Shown: positions 13,178 through 25,250, numbered from the whole stretch's first letter. The stretch is 55,974 nt of DNA, filler included, from Jimgerdemannia flammicorona (GCA_003990765.1; 2 parts of 2 records of this genome joined end to end with filler, not necessarily neighbours in it), one strand, 5' to 3'. The notes: generated from the letters alone by a model not told the origin. Numbers and translations: made by a program.

Positions 13178-14679
13178 ATTAAAATTATATAATTAGATAA
13201 TAAAATTAAATTACCTTCAAGTAAATTGGACCATATTGCTAAAGAAACTTATTTGTATTTGCAATTACTCTAGTTTCATATAGATTCTTAGCTTTTTTAT
13301 ATAGTTGTATTGTATGCTCAGGTGTTCTCATCTGATATTTTTTTGAGAGATTATTGAAATCAGATTTTTTAGCTATATATATTAGATATATATTGTTCTG
13401 TCTTATTAAGGTAAGCATCTGTGATTCTAGATAATCAACTTGAAATCTAAAGATAACTAGAAAACAGTATCTTGTTTATCCATCTGAGCATTTCCAAAAT
13501 CTTTCTTTATAATTGATATAAAAAATATTTTTATAATATATAATTAATTATAATAATTCAAACTTAATATTTAAATATAAATATAAATATCTTTGAGAAG
13601 TATTATTTAGTTCTGAGAGAATTGTCTTCATATATTAATAATAAAGAAGTCTCTTAGTCTCTATAAATACTATTTGATATCTTTCTATTCTAGTAGTATC
13701 TAGTGTTGAAAAGTATGCAATTAGAATATAGATATGCTAACTGTATGTATGTTGAATATTCTTAGATAGATTGCCAATAGTGATATATAAAGAATAGACT
13801 GACATTCTGTTAATATTATTGACATTTGTCTCATTAATTCCTAAGAGAATTGGAACAAGAGTAGTATTTATTAGTAAAGTATCCTATTAAATTAAAATAT
13901 ATATATATATATATATACATATTATGAATATATTATAAGTTTTTTTTATATCTAGATTTTATTCACATATCTGAGTTTTCTATCAATAATTACTCTAATA
14001 TATTTCAGAATATAAATATTGACCATTTGAATAAAATCTCTTTTCAGATATATAAATTATATTATCTTTGAAAAGAGGATTGTACAAGAGAGTCTGAATA
14101 ATCTCCAGAGGACTTCTGTAATAAAGAATTATTATAAAAATAATTATTAATATATTAATTAAATAAAAACTCTATAATTTACCACTAAAATATATAGTAT
14201 TTAAATAAAAATATATTACTTACTAGTATATAGGTTACTTTATCTACTTTTGCTAATATCTGTCTTAAGTTCAAAACTTCTAGAAAGTAATATTTTTGCT
14301 TTGAAGAATAAGAAATTTGATAGCTAAAGTTCATTCTTACTTATCTAAGGATAATATAGATTATTATAGAGTTAGTGATTTTATTTCAAAATTTAAAATA
14401 CTATAGAGTCTTCTCCTTGAATATTATATATATATTCAGCATTAGAGTGGGGAAGAGTATCACAAAACTGAAGTATCTCAGGAAGTTATATCAGATTATT
14501 ATAGATTTCAGCTGAGTTATTACTCTGACTACTATCAATATTACTCTTCTCTTCATCAAATGATAGTCTAGATTTAGACTTAGAGTTATTATTAAAATAT
14601 ACTAGTGTTTTTTCAAGAGACTGACTAATTGAAATATTTGTGTCTATCTTAGAATCTATCTCAATATCTATCTTAGTAT
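11800..14679 (-). pseudogene. Plavaka (CACTA/EnSpm-related) transposase relic with introns, main part
   Basis: LYYRSPLEIIQTLLYNPLFKDNIIYISEKRF...YSEIY*SNY**KTQ; TLVPILLGINET...YSLYITIGNLSKNI; CSDG*TRYCF...VDYLESQML; KYHSL*YYNQYIRDFRIPDNFNT...PYQASNK. These blocks are separated by short AT-rich intron-like gaps. Confidence 0.85.
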
Positions 14680-16244
14680 TGTAACAGACCAAAACATATC
14701 ACCCAAATTATAACTTAGCCAGATGATGCAAACAATTAGCATACTTACTCAGCATGATGTGACTTCTAGTGTATCATAGTTACTCATGCCTGCCACACTT
14801 ATAATTAGCCAAGACCCCAGATCCGGATTGTTTACCTGTGTCCTACAGATACACTCATATCCTGTGGACACACCTGTACCCAGAGGACACACCCAAACAT
14901 TACCAAAGATAGCAAATCTATAGTTAGCCACATAGTAACCAAATAGTAACCAACTTGTATAAATTACCCCAGAGATGAGAGTGAATAAAACCTCAGTCCG
15001 AAATTAAAGCAAAAGACAAGTCTGCCTACCACACTTTGAGAGAAACTCTACAGCTACTGCTAGGAGATTGTGAGCTTATTTCCCCACTATGGTCCACTTT
15101 CTGATACAAAGAATGAGTCTGAAATACAAATACCAAAGAAGCCTCTAAAGATTGAGCATTGGTCCCCTTTCTACTCTGGTCCACTTTCCGATACAAAGCT
15201 GATTTTGCCGCCAAGTTCAAGGAAGAACTTCACTGCCTTTGGAACTATTGGTTTGCTTGCCAGATAAGCCTGAAGATTTGCTGCCTAAGTTCAAAAAGAA
15301 CTTTGCCGCCTTTTGAGTAATCCACCACTTAAAGAATAAGCCACCATTTCCAAGTTATCCACATTCCCAGAGAAAGCCGCCTTGCTCAAGCCAGTTTCTG
15401 ACACAACTTCGCAGTGATCCGTTTATGCAAACGAAGCCAGGCTTTGATGCAACTTTGCCAAGAGACCCTTTCCAAGCCGCCATCCTGTTTCCCAGTTAGA
15501 GCCACCGATTCAGAAAGAATCCACATCACCCGCCGTTTCTAAGCTATCCGCTGTATTCCCAGTTGAAGCCGCCAATTTAGAAGAATCCATGCCACCCAAG
15601 TTAATTCCCAGTTGAAGTCGCCATTTCCAAGAAGCCCACCGATTCAGGAAGAATCTGCATCATTCGCCATTTTCAAGTTATCTGTATTTCCAGAAGAGCC
15701 ATCCAAGCTATTTGTTATTCCCAGTAAGCCTAGGGAGAATCCATGCTATACAATTCCCAGTGAGCCAAATCGAGTTATCCGCCGAATTATCAGAACATCT
15801 GCATAAGGAACCTGTCATGCTACATGAGATCATCACATAGAAACCACATAAGGAGAACCACTAAATTGCCAGATCGTCACACAGAAAACGCATAAGGAGA
15901 ACTGCTAAATTACCAGACCATCATGCACAAGGAGATCATTGCACTACACAGAAATCACCTGTTACTCAAGAAGGAAACTGCCCATGCTACACACAAATTC
16001 TGCCATTCCTAGTTGACCCAGAAAGGAAACCCATTCACACAAATCGCCGCTACACCCAGAGAACCATCCCAATAAGGAAATCGCTTGCTGATATCCAGCT
16101 TTGACTATTATACCACTAAATACCAAGGACCTCAGGAATCTTAGAATATTTTTGTTGCTTTTTGACAAAGTAACTAGGGGTTTAAGCCAAATTACATCAA
16201 CCCCCAAACCTTGTAATTTGCCTCCATTGAGCTGGCACATTACA
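14680..16244 (+). repeat. 5' LTR of copy 1 (1565 bp)
   Basis: TGTAAC...ATTACA; direct repeat of 20221-21842; TATA-like tataaa ~14958 and AATAAA ~14984. Confidence 0.95.
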
Positions 16245-16246
16245 TT

Positions 16247-16264
16247 TGGGGGCTCAACTGGGAA
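16247..16264 (+). promoter_or_regulatory. Primer-binding site, tRNA-Pro-like
   Basis: TGGGGGCTCAACTGGGA, 2 nt after the LTR. With CpG decay reversed it resembles the tRNA-Pro PBS TGGGGGCTCGTCCGGGAT. Confidence 0.75.
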
Positions 16265-16802
16265 GATTTCAAAATCAACATGACTTTTCAGCTCACAAGA
16301 ACCCACAGTTAAACTGGATACATTTGATATAACACCAACCTCTGCTACTACAGGAGAACCAGTCATCACTAGTATTTGGACAGGAAGGGAAGTAATCACC
16401 TCAAGACTTGCCAACTACCCAGCATCAGAAGGATCTCAACCAGAAGCAGGAGACAGTACAGCCCAAAATCCCCAACCAGATCAACCAGATCAAGCAGACA
16501 ATACAGACAGCTCTGCTAGAGTTTTTGGAGAACTTATACAAGAACTAGAAGACCTTATTACCCGGACCCAACATCTTACAGCCAGAGACCCCACACCAAT
16601 TTCACCAATAGAACCCCTACCACAACCCCTTGCAGAACCAGAAGTAACTCCTACAAGAATACCTAGGCCTATTCCACCCCACCCAAGAACCAGAACACCA
16701 TCTTCAAGATACCCAAGCACCCTGGTCTCTAGTGACAGTTCAGAAAGTGAATCAGAATCAGAATCCGAATTCGAACCAGAATCAGAAGAAAGTGACAAAG
16801 AA

Positions 16803-19800
16803 ATGGCCACCTCATTGCCAATCTTTGCAGGATACCCAGAGAAAGACCCCCGAGAATTCCTTGATGGAATCGAAGGAATCGCAGCCTTGAGGAATCTCTC
16901 AGATGAAAGGAAGATCACCATCTACAAAGCTCAGCTCAGAGAACCAGCCAGAGGGATTTTCCATCAAACAGCAAACAACCCAGATTCGGAACTAGCAAGA
17001 CAGATACAAGCAGCAGTCTCCTATGAGCTAGAATATCAGGTCATAGTCTACTGGCTCATAGAAAAGTATGCAGGAAATGAAACCCGCCACAAGGCTCATA
17101 AATCCATCATGGGAATGAAGATGAATCTTGGAGAATCCCCCAGAGCCTTCTTCACAAGAATCCAGAAGAGAATGCACTCTGCCAGGTTCAATGCCACCAA
17201 CCAGGACATCATAGGTCCAATGACCTTCATGAATGGAATCCCCCCGAATATTGCCCAGCATGTCCGCACCCTAGGCATCAGAAGGTCTGAAGAGCAAGTG
17301 GATGCAGCCCAAGGATTCTTTGATGTCAGGCAAGAAACTACCTGGAGTGATCATGATAAGAAGGAAGATAAAGAAGATATCCTGGTCAAAGCCCTGCAAG
17401 GACTCCTTCAAGGACAAGAAAGATCCGAAAAAAGAAGGCCAGCTAAGGAAGGAAAGAAGGACAGAAGTAAAATCCAAGACCTCAGCTCCAAGTTAGATCA
17501 ATTGGTTGGCCAGATTGAAAAACTCACTACACACGAAAATCGGAACTACCAAGACAACAGGGGATACCCACCACAGAGGAGCCAAGGTTATCCACCAAGA
17601 GATAACAGGAATTACCAGCAAGAAGGAAGAAGGTACTCTGCCCGAGACAGAGCCCAAGTCCAATGCTTCCACTGTGGGCAATTCGGACACTATGCCACTA
17701 AATGTGACAACAAAAGAAGTGACCGAAGGGACCCAGAACCACCAAACCAAAGGAATGACACCCAGTACAAGAAGACTGAAGCCCATCCTGTTGAAGATTT
17801 CGAGGAAGCAAGCAACAGTAAAGACTACAGTGACCTAGACTTGTATCCTACCAAGGTTACTACCCGAAAGACAGTCTACCCAGCAGAAAAAAGAAAAAGA
17901 CCTGTGGGAAGACCATCCAGGAATATCAGCAGAAGAATCATTCAAGAAGAAGATGAAGAACATGAGGAGGAACAAGTTGAAACACCTCCCCAAACCCCCT
18001 CACCTTTTGTGCCTAAGACAAATGAGTTGCCACCAGAAGATGAAGAAATGGAACAAGAAGAATGGGAACCTGCTGCTCCAAAGTCTAAGAAAAAGTACAC
18101 TCCAAAGACCATGCCTAGAGACATTTACAATGAAGCCTGGCAGAAGATTCAAGAAGCCAAGATGGAAGTTCCTCTCCTGCAGTTCTTGCAATTGACACCA
18201 GCTGGAGTCCAAAACAAATTGCTGAGAACCACAAAGTCTAGCACTGGCCGAGTTCCAATCCCACAGCAAGAACCAGCCTCTATCCCTGTCCAAGCAGCTG
18301 AAAGACATGTCAGCACCTACTTACATGGAGATATTGGAGGATAAAAAGCGAAAATCCTCATAGATACAGGAGCAGCTATCTGTGTCATTGCTAAACAATT
18401 CTTGGACACCCTCCAATGGCCCATTGATGGACCATCCAACCTCAGCATCATAGTAGCAGATGGAGCCCGAACTCAACCCCTTGGAGAAGTACGAAATATC
18501 ACCATCTCCCTTGGACACATTCAGTTCTCCATCCCCAAAGCTGTTGTCACTGAAGCTATCACCTATGACATGATTCTTGGTACCAACTGGATGAAGGAAA
18601 TGAATGCAGTTGTTGATATTGGCCAACAAGTACTCAAGTTTGACTACCAAGGCAAGAAGTATAGAGTTAAGGTAACCAGCTATGAGCAATCAAAGAAGAA
18701 GAAGAAGGTCACTATTCAAGAAGAATATGCCAGTAGTGAGGAGTCTACTATAGAAGAGAAAGAAGAATCCGAAGATGGAAATGATCCCAGACTTAATCCA
18801 CGAATTAACCTGGTGGATGACAGACCAGAAGACAATGTGTGGGCCAAGAACACTATCCCTATCACCATTGGAGCCATTGCAGGGGAAGCCAAAGGATGCC
18901 CTACATGCCTCAAGAGACACAAGTGTCCCAAGCATGCCTCCAAGATTATGGGAAAAAGGAAATCACCTGGTACAGCCTGCCCAGAATGCAGAAGAAAGAT
19001 GAAGAAATGCAGACATATTCCCGAAACACCTGTGACCAAAGCTGCAGAAGTACAAGCAATCTGGGGTCAAGAATCATCTGAGGAAGAAGAAACTTCTGAC
19101 CAAGAAGTTTCTGAACAAGAAGCACCTAATGAAGAAGAAGTCTCTGAACTCATCCCCTGGGATGACCCTCGCTGGATACCACCTGAAGACAACGACCCCT
19201 GGAATACAGAGAAAGGACCCAGCACCATTACCATTATCTCCAAGAAAGAAACCCACCAAGAGAAAGCTTTCTGGCTAGGAAGATGTCCACATCAAATGAT
19301 CTTCCACTCTCCCTGAGACTACTGCTATCAGTGTCATCTATTGGACCAACAAGAAAGACAGAGACCCCAGAGACCAGAACCCCCAACTACTCTTGCACAG
19401 TCTACTACCTTCCAAGAAGTCACTACAAGGTTACAAAGTCAATTTAGAGGACAAGGCTTCTTTACCCGAACAGAAATATACCCTTTGTCCACCCTTCCCC
19501 CAACCTATGATCAAGATGGGTATCAATTCCCAAGGCAACAAGAGATAAATAGCCAGGAACATCATTTCCAAGCAATGGGATATTGCAACCATAGAAGACA
19601 CCCTGGCTGCCGAGACTGCAGACATCAGAAGATTCACCTCAGTCATAATGTTGCAGTGCACACCTTGAAGAAAGGAGATAACCGAAACCAGATTTGAAAA
19701 AGTCAGATTCGAAAAAGCCAGACCAAGAAGCTTGGAAAAAGAACTCTCAAGATCTATGATTTGAGAGAAGACATCCTAGCTCTCATCAGACATGCAACCC

Positions 19801-20045
19801 GCCAAGGATGGGCAGAAGATGCCACCAACTTCATGGAAGCCCTTGACCCTACAGGAAGGAGAGGAATCAATTACCTCCGAGACCCCTCTACTGGAGCCAG
19901 ATGGCCACACCTCAACCTTAGAGCTTGGAGGCTCTCTGCTAGTGGAGCTTCAGCCTTAGGAAAGCCTGAACTCAGCAAGGACATTGCCCAGTATGCCCTG
20001 CTGCACCCCAAGGCCAAACCCCCGATCAAAGCCCACCTATCTTAG
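16803..20045 (+). pseudogene. gag-pol: Single-frame gag-protease-Cys/His spacer-start of dUTPase, with three in-frame stops
   Basis: ORFs at 16803, 18402, 19341 and 19761 share one frame. Zinc knuckle CFHCGQFGHYATKC; protease ILIDTGAA...MILGTNWM directly after the TAA at 18342. Confidence 0.92.
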
Positions 20046-20208
20046 CATTATTCACTAAGTAGAGATCCTATTTCCTGAGGAAGAAGAAGAGCTCCTGGAA
20101 TAGAGTGACCACAGCTCAGATGATGATGATAGAACAGATATAGATGCAGAAGCTGCTTATGCCTATTGGGATGATGACTGAAGAATAGTCTGGGACAGAC
20201 TACCCTTC

Positions 20209-20220
20209 AGTGGGGGCTGA
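20209..20220 (+). promoter_or_regulatory. Polypurine tract of copy 1
   Basis: AGTGGGGGCTGA immediately before the 3' LTR; same motif at 29792-29803 (-) and 49671-49682, with a variant at 26539-26550 (-). Confidence 0.8.
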
Positions 20221-21842
20221 TGTAACAGACCAAAACATATTACCCGAATTATAACTTAGTCAGATGACATGAACAATTAGTATACTTACTCAGCATGATG
20301 TGACTTCCAGTGTATCATAGTTACTCATGTCTGCCACACTTATAATTAGCCAAGACCCCATATCAGGATTGTTTACCTGTGTCCTGTGGACACACTCATG
20401 TCCTGCGGACACACTCATGTCCTGCAGACACACTCATGTTCTGCGGATACACTCATGTCCTGTAGACACACCTGTACCCAGAGGACACACCCAAATATTA
20501 CCGAAGATAGCAAATCTATAGTTAGCCACATAGTAACCAGATAGCAACCAACTTGTATAAATTACCCCAGAGATGAGAGTGAATAAAACCTCAGTCCGAA
20601 ATTGAAGCAAAAGACAAGTCTGCCTACCACACTTCGAGAGGAACTCTACAGCCACTGCTAGGAGATTGTGAGCTTATTTCCCCACTCTGGTCCACTTTCC
20701 GATACAAAGAACGAGTCTGAAATACAAATACCAAAGAAGCCTCTAAAAATTGAGTGTTGGTCCCCTTTCCACTCCAGTCCACTTTCTGATACAAAGCTGA
20801 TTTTGCTGCCAAGTTCGAGGAAGAACTTTGCCACCTTTGGAACTATTGGTTCGCTTGCCAGATAAGCCTGAAGATTTGCCACCTAAGTTCAAGAAGAACT
20901 TCACCACCTTTTGAGTAATCCGCTGCTTAAAGAATAAGCCACCATTTTCAAGTTATCCGCATTCCCAGAGAAAGCCGCCTTGCCCAAGCCAGTTTCTGAT
21001 GCAACTTCACAGTGATCCATTCATGCAAATGAAGCCAGTCTTTGACGCAACTTTGCCAAGAGACCCTTTCCAAGCCACCATCCCATTTCCCAGTTAGAGC
21101 TGCTGATTCAGGAAGAATCTGCATCACCTGCTATTTCTAAGCTATCCACCGTATTCCTAGTTGAAGCTGCCGATTTAGAAGAATCCGTGCCACCCGAGTT
21201 AATTCCCAGTCAAAGTTACCATTTCCAAGAAGCCTGCTGATTCAGGAAGAATCCACATCATTCACCGTTTTCAAGTTATCCGCATTCTCAGAAGAGCCAT
21301 CCAAGTTATTCATTATTCCCAGTGAGCCTAGGGAGAATCCACGCCATATGATTCCCAGTGAGCCAAATCAAGTTATCTGCTGAATTATCAGAACATCCGC
21401 ATAAGGAACCTGTCATGCTACATGAGATCATCATGCAGAAACCGCATAAGGAGAACCGCTAAATTGCCAGATCATCATGCAGAAATCACATAAGGAGAAC
21501 TGCTAAATTGCCAGACCATCATGCACAAGGAGATCGTCACACTATACAGAAATCACCCATTACTCAAGAAGGAAACTGTCCGCACTACACACAAATTCTG
21601 CCATTCCCAGTTGACCCAGGAAGGAAACCCATTCACACAAATTGCTGCTATACCCAGAGAACCGTCTCAATAAGGAAATTGCTCGCAGATATCCAGCTTT
21701 GACTATTATACCACTAAACACCAAGGACCTCAGGAATCTTAGAATATTTTTGTTGCTTTTTGACAAAGTAACTGGGGGCTCAAGCCAAACTACATCAACC
21801 CCCAAACCTTGTAATTTGCCTCTATTGAGCCGGCACATTACA
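20221..21842 (+). repeat. 3' LTR of copy 1 (1622 bp)
   Basis: Matches the 5' LTR plus three extra 19-bp units (20381-20456). Confidence 0.95.
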
Positions 21843-22130
21843 GTATCTATTCCAGTATCTTTAGATTCCTTAAGAGCTCCAGAAATAATAGTGGTAATAT
21901 CAAAAGGTAGACTAGTTACTTCAGTAGCCTCAGAATTAGTGCTAAGTATTAGTAAGTCATCTTTATATTATATATTAGTTAGATATAATAAGAGAGCTGA
22001 TATATTAGAAATAGGATATATATATCAATAATATTGTATCAATCTATCTTGAGATATAAACATCTGTGAACACTCAGAGCATTGATAGGTAAGCTCTCTA
22101 TGATCTGACTTCTAAGTAAGAGATATGCCA
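21843..22130 (-). pseudogene. N-terminal part of the same Plavaka-type gene (C2H2 finger relic)
   Basis: YQCSECSQMFISQDRLIQYY relic; contiguous with 14679 across the GTAT TSD. Confidence 0.65.
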
Positions 22131-22196
22131 AATATTGATCTAACAAGAGGAGTGAAGAGGTAGAAGGCTGAAGATGGATGAGTTTGAGAGTAAAGG

Positions 22197-22510
22197 AGAG
22201 AGAGAGATTGTCTAAATTGAGAAAGATAAGGGGGGTTAATATGAGAGTGCAGAGATCTGATCAAATAAAGCTATCAGACAACTAATATATTCTTAAATAC
22301 AAATACTCTAATCTCTTTTATACACCAACCTGGTAAAGTTATTCAAATTGCTTATAAGAGTAGGTATGAACCAAAACTAGCTCCAATATACCAAGTGTTA
22401 GAGAGAGAAAGAAAATAGAAGAATGGGAAAATTGGAGAGAGAGAGATTGCCTAAATTGAGAAAGACAAAGAAGAGGAGGGGTCAATGTGAGAGAGCAGAG
22501 ACCTGGACAT
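22197..22510. repeat. ~65-bp imperfect direct repeat, 240 bp apart
   Basis: gagagagagattg(t/c)ctaaattgagaaaga...cagaga(t/c)ctg at ~22197 and ~22437. Confidence 0.6.
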
Positions 22511-22639
22511 AAAATACTAAATGATATCATATTAGATAAATTGTAGGCAGTTTATACTATTTTTTCTAGTGACATTTATATAATGATGTTGTCAGGCTAT
22601 ATTATTATATATTGAGTTGCTATAACTAAGATATTTCAA

Positions 22640-24480
22640 CAATCTCTGCTTATCTGATATCCTATGGAAAATTTGAAATACCTCTATAATTTTTACTAAA
22701 CAAAAGTCATTTAAAATACTATTTACTAAGAAAACCAGAACCACTGGCTATGAGAACCTCAGAGAACTCTTTGAAAAGACAGAATAATTATACAATCAAG
22801 TTTAAGTTTAGATAATCAAGGCCTAAGAAAAGCAGAAGAAGTATTATGACTAAAAGTAGAAAAATTAGAAGATTAAGATTGGAGATCAAGTTCTTATTTA
22901 GAGAAGTATGATCAAAATCAACTTTGCTGCCAAATTAGAGCTTAAATGAGAAGGATCTTATTTTGTATATAATATCAGAGAAGCCAGTATCTATATAAGA
23001 AGTATAGATAGATAAATCTTGAGAATAATAATATATATCAACTATCTCAATATATATATATCTATCATTAGTATAATGAATTAGGAGATCTATTAGTACT
23101 TTCAGACCCTTGTCTTCAGCTCTTTCTAAGCCTTTTCAATTCTACTACCATAGTTCTGAGAAGTCTAAGGAAATCAATCTAATAAGTCTGAATATATCAA
23201 GAGAATCTCACTATTATATAATGTTTACTATAGATCTATTAACTATAGATCTACTATATATATAATTAGAGAACATTTGTGAGATCTCTCAATATAAGAT
23301 CAAGTCTATATAAGGAACTCTACTGGTCTGACCTAAAGAAATACTATACCAGTAGATAGATTATATATAATATATAAGAGAAACTCTCTAACTCTCATCC
23401 AGATTCAATTTTACTTAAGTAATAATAATGAATGAATATATCAACCTACTAATCTATTATCAGTAGTATTAAGGTACTATTCTCTGAAAAGAAAGAAGAG
23501 TATCTCAAATAAAGTAACTCGGATATAAAAGGAGATAATAACATAGATATAGATACTGAAAATATCTATAGATATTAGAATAATGACTAAAGACAGTCTG
23601 AGGACAGACTATCTTTTAGTAGAGACTAATATAATAAGTAATATTATAATACAACCAGATGATGAACAAAATAGTTAGAATAGTTACTTAGTATATTTAT
23701 CTCTTATACTACTTTACTATATAAATAATCTGATATACTAAATTAAAACAAATACTATTTATACTCTGGAATACTGTTTCTACTCTAAAATACTATTTCT
23801 ACTCTAGAACACTATTCCTACTTATAAACCACAGATCACATCTTTCTAAACTAATATTACTATATATTTTACAATTACTCAAATAGTAATTAGAAAGCAA
23901 CTATACTTATATAAAATACTCAAGTAATAAGAGTAAATAAACCTTAGTCTAAAATTTATATTACAAACTACAGAACTTGATATTTGATTTCACTCTAGTT
24001 CATTTTCTAATTCAAAAAAAAAAAAAAAAAAAAATTGCTATAGTTATTCAGTCTACTTATCAGATTAAGCCTAAAGAGAAGTCTATCATATTTTGATATA
24101 ACTAAGCCAGTCAGTCAGACATATCTTTATAGTAAACTTGTTTGTACAAATAAAGAAGTCAATTAATATAACTTTGCTTTAAAAAGAAGTATGTCAATTT
24201 TGATATACTTATCAGACTAAGCCTAAATATCTGATTTTGGTATACTTGCCAGACTAAGCCTGAAGACCTAATTTTGATATGCTTATCAGACTAAGTCAGA
24301 AGAACTTGAGAAATTTACTACATTTTAGTCTACTTCTCAAAAGAAGCCCAAAGAATTACCATTATCTTGAGAAATCTACTAAATCTACCTTATTATATCA
24401 AATCTGTACCTAATTAGAAAACTGCTGAAATTATCCATATTATGCAAACAGAATTTGTATCTTTTTATTTTTATTTTTAT
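22640..24480 (+). mobile_element. Decayed 3' fragment of the same Gypsy family (IN end, ORF3 23076-23590, PPT, divergent LTR from 23630)
   Basis: Homologous to 26578-27500; ends ...taatgactaa; LTR carries acttgccagactaagcct repeats. The right boundary is uncertain. Confidence 0.8.
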
Positions 24481-25250
24481 AGACTTAAAGTTCTATAGAA
24501 TTTTATTGAAAGAAAACCTTGTCTATATAGGCCAAAACTCTCCTTCACTACTTTCTGAATACTATATCTTTATTAATCTAGACTAGCTATTGTCTAGTAG
24601 CTCAATCATACTAGATATAGTAGGACTTATAGATGTCTATATCTTATTCTGTATACCATGCTCTTCTTACTACTAGAGAGTAAATAACTATATATCTATA
24701 ACTGAAGACATATGTTCAAAACTCTAATGTATATATAAGATCATATCTGAGCTAATTTTTATAGTCTCTTCTACTCTAAGTAGAGTGACAGATAAAGAAA
24801 AAACTCTTATTAAAGTACAGAATAGTGAGTAGGGCCTAGTTCTTCTAGAGAGAAGATCTCTAATACTCTATTACTCAAGTCTATGAGTCTCAATTATGTT
24901 GTCATGTCAGCTTCTGGTTCTAGTTAAGTGCAGCCAAGATATCTGATCTGAGTAGCCTTGAATAAATATCCCAAATAAATGGGACCCAAACCCACATATT
25001 ATCAAAAGTAGCTAAGAGTGATATCTACTATCTAACCACTCTATATCAATCAGAAGGCCCCACTGATACAGTATCTACTCTAGCCCCAATGACTGCCTCT
25101 AGTCTGATACTCCACTGACTTACCATAATTACTCTTTCTCTTATCTATAATAGCCATCTCTCTCCCATCCTGACCTCACCCAAAAAACAGTCATCTATAC
25201 CAGTATTATACTCACTAGAAAGCTCACTAAAGCCCAGAGAGCTCTACTAT

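Larger units (their letters stand above)
14680..21842 (+). mobile_element. Ty3/Gypsy LTR retrotransposon copy 1, internally deleted (lacks RT/RH/IN)
   Basis: Paired TG...CA LTRs, TSD GTAT (14676-14679 / 21843-21846), PBS, gag-PR, PPT. Confidence 0.95.

Noticed and set aside
18342..18344. Programmed stop-codon readthrough between gag and protease
   Set aside because: Copy 2 has CAA (GGQKAKIL, ~35285) at this site, so the TAA is best explained as a C>T mutation.
20381..20475. CRISPR-like array
   Set aside because: Head-to-tail tandem repeats without unique spacers, inside a eukaryotic LTR.
24500..25250. Possible additional LTR/gag relic
   Set aside because: Too decayed to assign boundaries or family.
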